DNA of 64,000 nt from Candidatus Methylomirabilia bacterium. GTDB taxonomy: Bacteria; Methylomirabilota; Methylomirabilia; Rokubacteriales; CSP1-6. Location: NCBI GenBank assembly GCA_046758965.1, contig JBHIBG010000004.1, positions 1 to 64,000 of the forward strand, given 5' to 3'. The notes below the pieces were generated by a model, which saw only the letters and a program-made list of their open reading frames with translations, ran no database searches and was not told the origin of the DNA. Below are positions 1-7,447 of the stretch, in pieces. The position numbers and the translations under genes are program-made. The first letter of the stretch is position 1. Each line of letters opens with the position of its first letter.

Positions 1-1
1 T

Positions 2-154
2 GTCCAGGTCATCCTGGAGCGGCGCAGCGGGCGGGACCGGCGGCAGCGCGTCTCTGCGCCCACCCAACAGCTGCGTAAGGGACACCGACGACGCCAGCAT
101 GTGCGCCAGGATGATCTGAGCGCCTACGGACTAGCTGTCATCCACAAAGAGTAG
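2..154 (+). CDS. 3' end of small Arg-rich hypothetical protein (5'-truncated by window)
   Basis: Open frame VQVILERRSGRDRRQRVS...DDLSAYGLAVIHKE ending TAG at 152-154. Confidence 0.6.
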   Translation, partial: VQVILERRSGRDRRQRVSAPTQQLRKGHRRRQHVRQDDLSAYGLAVIHKE

Positions 155-592
155 GGGCCGGGCTTCGAGGCCCATCGCCGTTCGTCGTGTTTGGCTAGCT
201 CGGCAGACGAGGTTCCTCAGCTCCACACTGCCCGATCCCACGTCATCGCGTTTCCGTCCCGCCCTCTGCCGTCAGGGGGGAAGTCCGAGGCGCCTGTACA
301 CGAAAACAAGCCCCGCCTGGCCCCCAGTGAGGCTCGCTGAGGGGGTGCCTTGGCATCCGGGTTGGCGGCCTGCAGCTCAGACACGGCCCAGCCTGCTGGT
401 TGCGTCTGGGTGGCTTCCCATGCTGCGATCTGCAATCTGCCGCTCACGAGCTTCCCGCCATCTCTCCCCCCCGTATCCGATTCTGGACGTTGACGGAGGC
501 GCACGGTCGTGCTAGTCACGAGAGGCTGCCTGCCGGGGGAGAGCGTGGGGGTATCCTTCATCAGAGCGAGGAGCTCCGGGACGGAGGGAGGG

Positions 593-1282
593 GTGAGCAG
601 CCGGTCGCGGATCACCGACTGGCCCAAGAGGGAGCGGCCCCGGGAGCGCCTCTACGAAAAGGGTGCGGACTCGCTCGCTGACGCAGAGCTCCTGGCTCTC
701 CAGCTCGTGACCGGAACCCGCGGCCAGACTGCTGTGGATCTAGCTCGATTCCTCCTGACCCGGTACGAGTCGCTGAGCGGGCTTGCCGGCAGGCACGTGA
801 CGGAACTGGCCGGGATCAAAGGGATGGGCCGCGCCAAGGCCGTCCGGCTCGCTGCACTGTTCGAACTCAGCCGGCGCCTCCGTTCCCGCGGGAGCGAGGT
901 GAAAGTCACCTTGGGGAGCCCGGATCAGGTGTTCGCCCGCTATGCTCCGCTCATGGAGGATCTCAAGAAAGAGGTGTTCCGGGTAGTCCTTCTGGACGCC
1001 CAGAACAGACTCCTGAAGGATGTGATCGTCTCGGAGGGGACGCTCTCGGCAAGCCTGGTTCACCCGCGGGAGGTTTTCAAGCCCGCCATCCTGGAGTCCG
1101 CGGCCGCGCTCATCCTGCTCCACAATCACCCGAGCGGCGATCCCACGCCCAGCAGGGAGGATCTCCGGCTGACTCGCCAGCTCGTAGAGTGTGGGAACCT
1201 TCTCGACCTGAAAATTCATGATCACGTCATTGTGGGGATGGGACGCTTTGTGAGCCTCGCCCAACGCGGTATCATTGCGTGA
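593..1282 (+). CDS. radC: RadC family JAB-domain protein
   Basis: ERPRERL, LADAELLA, VHPREVF, HNHPSGDPTPSREDL, DHVIVG motifs; GTG start after GGAGGGAGG. Confidence 0.95.
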   Translation: MSSRSRITDWPKRERPRERLYEKGADSLADAELLALQLVTGTRGQTAVDLARFLLTRYESLSGLAGRHVTELAGIKGMGRAKAVRLAALFELSRRLRSRGSEVKVTLGSPDQVFARYAPLMEDLKKEVFRVVLLDAQNRLLKDVIVSEGTLSASLVHPREVFKPAILESAAALILLHNHPSGDPTPSREDLRLTRQLVECGNLLDLKIHDHVIVGMGRFVSLAQRGIIA

Positions 1283-1382
1283 GCCCACGGCGCTCGGCGA
1301 AGCTCCGGACCAATGCGCGTCAGGACCGGTTGCACGGAAGCTGCCCGGCTCTCGACGGGGCCGGGACGTTCCAGGGAGGAGG

Positions 1383-1826
1383 ATGATGAAGATTGAAGGT
1401 GTCGGACACGTGGTCCTGAAGGTGCGGGACCTCGAGCGATCGACGCGGTTCTACCGCGAGGTGCTGGGGCTCAGGGAGGTGGCGCGGTTTCCGGGTCGGA
1501 TGGTCTTCTTCTCAGCGGGCGATAACCACCACGATCTCGCCATCCTTGCCGTGGGACCGACCGCTCCCGCGGCGGAGCGGAAGGGGGTCGGCCTCTATCA
1601 CGTTGCCTTCAAGATCGGTAACAGCCTCGACACGCTTCGCGAGGCTCGAGCCCGACTCGAATCCCAGGGGGTGAGAATCTTGGGGATGTCAGATCACCGG
1701 GTAAGCCAATCCGTTTACCTGGAGGACCCGGACGGCAACGGGCTGGAGCTCTTCGTGGACGCAAACCCGGGGATCTGGGCCAAGGATCCGACCCTGGTGG
1801 CCACGATTGAACCGCTCGAGCTCTAA
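1383..1826 (+). CDS. VOC/glyoxalase family protein (catechol dioxygenase-like)
   Basis: GHVVLKVRDL, HHDLA, GLYHVAF, SVYLEDPDGNGLELF; RBS GGAGGAGG. Confidence 0.9.
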   Translation: MMKIEGVGHVVLKVRDLERSTRFYREVLGLREVARFPGRMVFFSAGDNHHDLAILAVGPTAPAAERKGVGLYHVAFKIGNSLDTLREARARLESQGVRILGMSDHRVSQSVYLEDPDGNGLELFVDANPGIWAKDPTLVATIEPLEL

Positions 1827-1833
1827 CCGGGGC

Positions 1834-2076
1834 TTAGCCCTTGGCCAACCTCTCAATCTCCTTCTTGGGCATCGCCTGAAGTCGCGCGAGAAGGGCCTTT
1901 ACCTTTCGTTCCGAGGTGTGATCGGCGAGGATGAGCTTCCTGGATTTGGTGGCGCTCTGGATGTAGGCCACCCAATCGTCGAGCCGGGGCGTCCCTCGCC
2001 ATGCGATGGTGAGTCCGCTCACCTTCATCCGCTTTCGCCCTTCGACCTTTGCAAGTGGCTTTCGACTGGCCTCCAT
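1834..2076 (-). CDS. Small basic hypothetical protein
   Basis: 80-aa ORF with GAGGA RBS and a good sigma70 promoter upstream; alternative start at 2028. Confidence 0.7.
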   Translation of the reverse strand: MEASRKPLAKVEGRKRMKVSGLTIAWRGTPRLDDWVAYIQSATKSRKLILADHTSERKVKALLARLQAMPKKEIERLAKG

Positions 2077-2149
2077 ACCCGATCCTCAGCTTCAACAGCT
2101 TCCGCGCACGTTGTTGCTCAAGCCACAACAAAGAAGATCACAAAGCTGT

Positions 2150-2178
2150 ACCCTATTGAGACGAGAAAAAATTGTCAA
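2150..2178 (-). promoter_or_regulatory. sigma70-type promoter
   Basis: TTGACA-17 nt-TAGGGT on the minus strand. Confidence 0.65.
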
Positions 2179-2340
2179 GGGCTCATTTCGTCGCGCCGGA
2201 TGCGACATTGCGCTCACGATGGTGGAAAGCACCTCTGTTCATCAGCAAATCTTCGCGGGTCCCTTCGCTGTGGAAGAAAGGACGGTAGTTTTTCGGGGTC
2301 GTGGCTGCGAAGGCGCGTCAAGGCGTGCTATTCCAGTTGC

Positions 2341-2378
2341 TGTGGATAAATGTGGAAAAGTGGATAACAGGTGGATAA
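2341..2378. promoter_or_regulatory. Cluster of four DnaA boxes
   Basis: TGTGGATAA (perfect), TGTGGAAAA, AGTGGATAA, GGTGGATAA, all co-oriented within 38 bp. Confidence 0.75.
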
Positions 2379-2413
2379 CAATGGAGGCGCACTATTGCAA
2401 TGATGCAACGGTC

Positions 2414-3445
2414 TCACGCGCGGCGTCGGAGTTGCGCAAGCCGCGTGGCTCCTTGTTGGTCGCACTCATGAAGGAGACGGTCGAGGATCAGCCGGGCGAG
2501 GATCGGACCTCGCGTGATGAATCCGGTAAAGTACCCGCATGCTGTCGCGCCGGCTCGGAGAAGCGCGAGCGCTTTCTCGGGGTCGTTAACGCCACCGGTT
2601 CCAATGATCTCCAGCTGATCGCCAAAGCGCGCGCGAAGCTGACGGACGTTCTCCACTGTTCGGGGGAAGAGTTCCGGCCCCGAGAGTCCTCCGGCCCCTT
2701 GGGAGAGGCGGGGCTCGCTGACGCGGCGCGTGTTGCCGCAGTGGACGATTCGGATCCCGTGGTCGAGGGCCAAGGGGATGATGACCTCTTCGTTGGTATG
2801 GTGGAAGTCCGGGGAGACCTTCACGATCAATGGCTTGTCGGTCACCGCTCGCACGCCCTTAAAGAGGGCCCGGAGCTCCTCGGGCTGCTGGCTCCACTGA
2901 TAGACCAGGGCGGTGTTGGGAGACGAGATGTTGATCTCTACCAGTTCTCCAAAGAGGGCAAGGGCTTCCACCAGCCTCACATACTCTTCGATGGATTCCC
3001 CAGCCACCGCCACGATGAGCGGGACACGGTGCGGCAGCCCGGGAAGCTCCCGCCGGTACACCTCGAGCCCCGGGTTCTTGAAGCCGTTGCAGTTGATCAG
3101 GCCGGCTCCGCTGGCCGTGTCGATCCGGACGAGGGTCGGCTCTGGGTGTCCGGGGCGGGCGTTCACGGTGATGCTCTTGGTGGTAACGGCTCCGAAACCG
3201 AGCCCCATCGCGCGGCGGAGAATCCTCAGATCGTAGTACATCGACGAGAGAATGAGCGGATTCGGGAGTCGGACCCCCCCCAGGGCCACCGCTAGGCGCG
3301 GGTCGGTGAGGCGAAACAACGGAAAGCGATCGAGCGGCAGGTGGCGGAGCAAGCTTTGACCCAGCGCGACGGCTCGAGGCTCGGGGAGCTGGCAGAGCAC
3401 CCCACGGTAAATCATGCGGTAGATCGCATCGACAACTCGCACCAT
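2414..3445 (-). CDS. pyrD: Dihydroorotate dehydrogenase (class 2-like)
   Basis: INCNGFKNPG, EINISSPNT, VKVSPD, GGLSGP, IIGTGGV motifs. Confidence 0.85.
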   Translation of the reverse strand: MVRVVDAIYRMIYRGVLCQLPEPRAVALGQSLLRHLPLDRFPLFRLTDPRLAVALGGVRLPNPLILSSMYYDLRILRRAMGLGFGAVTTKSITVNARPGHPEPTLVRIDTASGAGLINCNGFKNPGLEVYRRELPGLPHRVPLIVAVAGESIEEYVRLVEALALFGELVEINISSPNTALVYQWSQQPEELRALFKGVRAVTDKPLIVKVSPDFHHTNEEVIIPLALDHGIRIVHCGNTRRVSEPRLSQGAGGLSGPELFPRTVENVRQLRARFGDQLEIIGTGGVNDPEKALALLRAGATACGYFTGFITRGPILARLILDRLLHECDQQGATRLAQLRRRA

Positions 3446-3471
3446 CGTCGTGCTCCCGCCGGCAGCATACC

Positions 3472-3951
3472 ATGAACCCTCCCCGCTTTGTCGTTGACAC
3501 CATGCTTGGCCGGCTCGCGCGCTGGCTCCGGGCCATGGGCTACGATACGGTCTATCTCAAGTCCGCAGCAGATCAACGACTCCTCCAGCTCGCTCTCACG
3601 GAGGATCGGATCCTGCTCACCCGTGATGCAAGATTGGCCCGGCTTGCCGTAGCTCGGGGCTACCGGCTCCTGGCTGACCAGGTGGATCGCCAGCTTGCTG
3701 AGGTGGTGGACCGGCTCGGGCTTGCCCCTCCGGATGCCGACTGGCTCTCGCGGTGCCTCGCATGTAACGTCCTGCTCGAGCCGCGGGTCAAGGAGAGCGT
3801 GCGGGGGCTGGTACCTGACTATATCTTTGCCACGCAAACCGGCTTCGTGGGGTGCCCCGGGTGCGGAAAAATCTACTGGCAGGGGAGTCATGCTGACCGA
3901 ATTATGGCCCGCTTGGCGCAGCTCCTGGATCGCAGGCAAGGAAGGCCTTGA
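3472..3951 (+). CDS. Mut7-C RNase (PIN-like) domain protein
   Basis: FVVDTMLGRLARWLRAMGYD, RILLTRD, SRCxxCN, CPGCGKIYWxGSH. Confidence 0.9.
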   Translation: MNPPRFVVDTMLGRLARWLRAMGYDTVYLKSAADQRLLQLALTEDRILLTRDARLARLAVARGYRLLADQVDRQLAEVVDRLGLAPPDADWLSRCLACNVLLEPRVKESVRGLVPDYIFATQTGFVGCPGCGKIYWQGSHADRIMARLAQLLDRRQGRP

Positions 3952-3999
3952 GTTGGGTGTGGAGGACGATTCGCGTGGTCTAGCCGCGCTGAGGCGAGC

Positions 4000-4111
4000 A
4001 TGCCAGTTCATGTCGGAACGTCCGGCTACAACTACCCCGAATGGCTCGGAAGCGATCAGCCACTTCCGCACGGGACGGAAGCTCTACGCCTTCCTGGCCG
4101 GGCGCAGCTAG
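4000..4111 (+). pseudogene. DUF72 N-terminal remnant joined to an out-of-frame fragment
   Basis: MPVHVGTSGYNYPEWLGS matches the typical DUF72 start; similarity ends after about 18 codons. Confidence 0.65.
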
Positions 4112-4199
4112 GTGCCCCACGGACTGTAGCGGCCCTCTCGCGCCCCAGAACGCTAAGGAGTAGACTCGGCTAGCACGGCCCGGTAGATGAGCAAGCCGG

Positions 4200-4595
4200 A
4201 TGCCAACCTCGGCTATTCGATACGTGAAGAGCGTTGCTGGCGTGGCAATGATGATCGCGCTCGGCAGTGGCGTGTGCCAGGCTCAGGGGTTCGGCGTCCG
4301 CTCGGAGGAATATTTGCGCATCGAGTGGGAAGTGGGGCAAGCTAGCGGCGAACGCTCCACGATCAGTGGTTACATCTACAACGACCACGACCTTTGGGCC
4401 GCCGCCATCCAGCTTCTGGTAGAGGAGCTGGACGCCTCCGGCCGCGTGGTCAGGAAGAGCGTCGGTTACGTCGACAGTTGGGTGCGGCCCTCGGATCGCG
4501 CGTACTTCGAGGTGGCAGTGTCCTCGACCGCGGCGAGCTACCGGGTGGGCGTGCACTCAACGGATTGGTTTGAACCAGGGGCAAGTACGCCCTAG
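4200..4595 (+). CDS. Secreted FxLYD-like beta-sandwich protein
   Basis: Signal peptide; ISGYIYN...LLVEELDASGRVV...VRPSDRAYFEV; degraded paralog at 9892-10266. Confidence 0.75.
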   Translation: MPTSAIRYVKSVAGVAMMIALGSGVCQAQGFGVRSEEYLRIEWEVGQASGERSTISGYIYNDHDLWAAAIQLLVEELDASGRVVRKSVGYVDSWVRPSDRAYFEVAVSSTAASYRVGVHSTDWFEPGASTP

Positions 4596-4720
4596 GAATG
4601 TGAATGCGGCCTGACACTCGCTGCGCAGCACTCTGGCCTTAGATGCAACGGGGGATCTGGCCCATCCTGTGCTGAACGGTGAGGTGGCGAGCAGCGCTAC
4701 CGTACGGGAAGAGTCGTGCA

Positions 4721-4966
4721 ATGACGCTGAGTTGTCCCGACTGCGTTCGGACCTTCGTTATTGGGCCGACCTTTGTGATGGATGTGATCGCAACGGGCCG
4801 GATCCGCCAAAAGGCGGAACGGGGCAATCCGAGAGGAAAGCGAGCCGAGCTTCAATGCCGGCTCTGCGGTCACACGTGGTGGTCACGGCGTCCGGAAGCC
4901 TTGCGGGAAGCCCGGGTCATCGCGCAGAAATGTAAACGGCGCGGGGATTCCGGGAACGGGCACTAA
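4721..4966 (+). CDS. Small zinc-ribbon protein
   Basis: CPDC...CRLCGHTW. Confidence 0.6.
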   Translation: MTLSCPDCVRTFVIGPTFVMDVIATGRIRQKAERGNPRGKRAELQCRLCGHTWWSRRPEALREARVIAQKCKRRGDSGNGH

Positions 4967-5010
4967 GCTGGTGGCCTCTGCTTCTCACGGGCGGGATTGA
5001 CCTCGGCATC

Positions 5011-5961
5011 ATGGGCGTGAATGTTGGCTACTCTCCGCCACTCACCGGTATCGTCCTGCTGGGCGCGCTGACCCTGTTATGGGGCGTCAACTGGCCGGCG
5101 ATGAAGCTGGGGCTCAGCGAAGTCGAACCTTGGACCTTCCGCACGCTCTGCTTGGTGACAGGGGGTACCGGTCTCCTGGGGATCGCAAAGGCCAGGGGAC
5201 ATTCGCTAAGAATATCCCACCAAGAGCGTTGGCCCATCTGCGTCGTCGCGCTCTTCAACATAACCGGGTGGCATATGTTCTCTGCCTATGGGGTGGCCCT
5301 CATCCACGCTGGGAGGGCCGCGATCATCGCCTACACAATGCCCCTGTGGGCCGTAATTCTGGGAAGGGTGATCCTGCACGAGCCTCTGACGCGCGCCCGA
5401 GGGTTAGCGCTCCTCCTCGGTCTTGCCGGGCTCGCCATCCTTATCGGTCCCGAGTTGAGGAGTCTTTGGGGGGCTCCCGCAGGCGCGCTGCTGATGGTCT
5501 GCGCGGCGGTCTGCTGGGCCGCGGGCACGGTGCTCCTCAAATATTTTCGGTGGGCGATGCCGACCATCCTGCTTACCGGCTGGCAATTGATTCTCGGGGG
5601 GCTTCCGGTGATAGTGGGTAAATTCCTCCTTGAGCCTCTGCCGTCACTCGGTGACCTCAGCCTGAAGGCTGCGGTCGGTACCGCTTACGCAGCGGTGATT
5701 GGAGTGCTCTTTTGCCACTACGCTTGGTTCAAGCTGGTTCAGATGCTTCCATCCGGGATCGCCGCCATAGGCACGCTCGGGATTCCTGCCGTAGGGGTAT
5801 TCAGCAGTGGGTTCATTCTGGGCGAGCCCGTAGGGCTCAGGGAGCTCACCGCGCTTGCGGTGATTGTCCTGGCATTGGGAATGGTTCTCCTCAGGCGGAG
5901 TGCTGGAGGCAGTCCATCTCCACGAGGCCCCACCCGGCCTGCAACCGACGGCCGGAAATAA
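5011..5961 (+). CDS. DMT/EamA family transporter
   Basis: LLWGVNWP, AAIIAYTMPLW, about ten hydrophobic segments, duplicated EamA halves. Confidence 0.92.
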   Translation: MGVNVGYSPPLTGIVLLGALTLLWGVNWPAMKLGLSEVEPWTFRTLCLVTGGTGLLGIAKARGHSLRISHQERWPICVVALFNITGWHMFSAYGVALIHAGRAAIIAYTMPLWAVILGRVILHEPLTRARGLALLLGLAGLAILIGPELRSLWGAPAGALLMVCAAVCWAAGTVLLKYFRWAMPTILLTGWQLILGGLPVIVGKFLLEPLPSLGDLSLKAAVGTAYAAVIGVLFCHYAWFKLVQMLPSGIAAIGTLGIPAVGVFSSGFILGEPVGLRELTALAVIVLALGMVLLRRSAGGSPSPRGPTRPATDGRK

Positions 5962-6112
5962 CAAACTGGCGTCTCATCCTTGTTGCTGCGCCGAAAGGAG
6001 AGTGTGCTACCGCGCGTGGGAGATGCTCCCTGTGAGCGGCTGTCGTAAGTCCTCCATGACCCGGCTCGCAAGGTCGTCGGTTAATTTTTGGGCATGCGTG
6101 GGAGTCCCACGC

Positions 6113-6141
6113 TTGACACCCGTCGCGCAAGCGTGTAGATT
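6113..6141 (+). promoter_or_regulatory. sigma70 promoter of tRNA
   Basis: TTGACA-17 nt-TAGATT, 9 nt before the tRNA. Confidence 0.75.
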
Positions 6142-6150
6142 CCAACGCAC

Positions 6151-6226
6151 GGACGATTAGCTCAGTTGGCAGAGCGCTGGCCTCACATGCCAGAGGTCGC
6201 AGGTTCAAGTCCTGCATCGTCCACCA
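6151..6226 (+). tRNA. tRNA-Val (anticodon CAC)
   Basis: 76-nt cloverleaf: GGACGAT/ATCGTCC acceptor stem, CTGGC-CTCACAT-GCCAG anticodon arm, GGTTCAAGTCC T-arm, encoded CCA. Confidence 0.97.
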
Positions 6227-6249
6227 GGAAAAGTCGAGCAGATCGCTGG

Positions 6250-6273
6250 GGGCGGTGAAGAACCGCCCTTTTT
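6250..6273 (+). terminator. Intrinsic terminator after tRNA
   Basis: GGGCGGT-gaaga-ACCGCCC followed by TTTTT. Confidence 0.85.
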
Positions 6274-6834
6274 GATTGTGCCGGAATTGTGCGGGCTCTC
6301 AGCGGCTGCCCGCCTCGGCGGTCATTGGGGGAGGGCTCGATGACCGCACCCGCATCGCGCCCTTGGTGAGTGCCTGGAGGTCTCCGAACCTGATCGATGA
6401 CCCACGCTCGTCTCCCCCGGACGTGCCGCAACACCCCTCGGGTGGTTGTCGCGATCTTCGCTGGAGCTTCCACCCGGTGCCCTGCAGATCGACGGTGCCC
6501 ACCAATCCCTGGGCAGATCCTGCTGTATAACGGCCGCATGCTCCCTGTTCCTAACCGATAGGCTTTCACGCCCCGGTCTGCCCGTCAGAGACTTCCCCCA
6601 TGCCCCGGCTCCGCAGAGCTCCCCGGCCCCGCAGACCTCGGATCCCAGTGGGGTGACCCGGCCCACGGCACCCGCTCCGCAGGCAGGTAGCAGCTGGCCG
6701 AGCACCAGATTGACAATATGGCACCCGTTTGGACAGCGTGACTTCAGGAGAGCAAGGGCGAAGGGATGGATCCCTTTAGCGAGGCGATGAAAGCGCCTGT
6801 TGACGACCCGCCCGACCCTCCTCGGCTCCCGCCC

Positions 6835-6851
6835 CTGGCATTTTAGTTGCA
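6835..6851 (+). promoter_or_regulatory. sigma54 (-24/-12) promoter
   Basis: CTGGCATTTTAGTTGCA, exact GG-N10-GC spacing, about 57 nt upstream of the PEGA gene. Confidence 0.75.
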
Positions 6852-6908
6852 TGCAGAGAAGCAGGCGCTGCTCCCTGTCATTGCGCCCGGAGAAAGGGGG
6901 TTGTTGAG

Positions 6909-7205
6909 ATGAAGAGACCGCGAATGGCGATGTTCGCGCTTCTAGTGGCCCTTTTATGGGTGACGGGATGCGCCACGATGGAGCAAGGGTTTGTGATCAT
7001 TGACGCCACGCCGCTCGAGGCCCAGATCTTCGTTGACGGGCGCCTGCTCGGCTCAACGCAGGAGGTCGTCGCCCGTGCCTTCCCTCTCCTACCGGGGAAG
7101 CATACCGTGAAGATCATCGCGCCGGGCTTTCGACCCTACGACGCTGAATTCACCATCGACTCGGAAGTCTCCACTCGCCTCCGTGTCGCCTTGCAGCCTG
7201 AGTGA
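6909..7205 (+). CDS. PEGA-domain lipoprotein
   Basis: Lipobox VTGC; TPLEAQIFVDG...LLPGKHTVKIIAPGF. Confidence 0.88.
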   Translation: MKRPRMAMFALLVALLWVTGCATMEQGFVIIDATPLEAQIFVDGRLLGSTQEVVARAFPLLPGKHTVKIIAPGFRPYDAEFTIDSEVSTRLRVALQPE

Positions 7206-7447
7206 AAACCGAGAAACCTCCACGTCCGGCACAGGCTCCGTTGAGAGCTGGAGCTTGGAGGCGGTCTTGGCGGGGATTCTTGGGAGGGCGCAGCGGACGA
7301 AGATGCCGGCGGACACGTCTGCGGGCGGTTCGAGCCATCTGGATCTAACTGGATAATCTCGCGGCTTTCCACGTAAGCCAATCGGACTCGGGCAACCTGA
7401 ACTTCTTCAAGAATCGGTCGGTTGTCTGGCCGGGGAGGCCCTGACCG

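Noticed and set aside
294..309. CTGT-N8-ACAA as an SOS box for radC
   Set aside because: Imperfect, about 280 bp from the start, and the LexA motif of this lineage is unknown to me
593..1282. radC as marker of a mobile element
   Set aside because: Full-length chromosomal type with HhH region; no mobility genes nearby
2006..3295. Long + strand ORF (429 aa) and similar long antisense ORFs (e.g. 42856-44241, 62201-63904)
   Set aside because: Shadow frames of real genes in GC-rich DNA; no motifs
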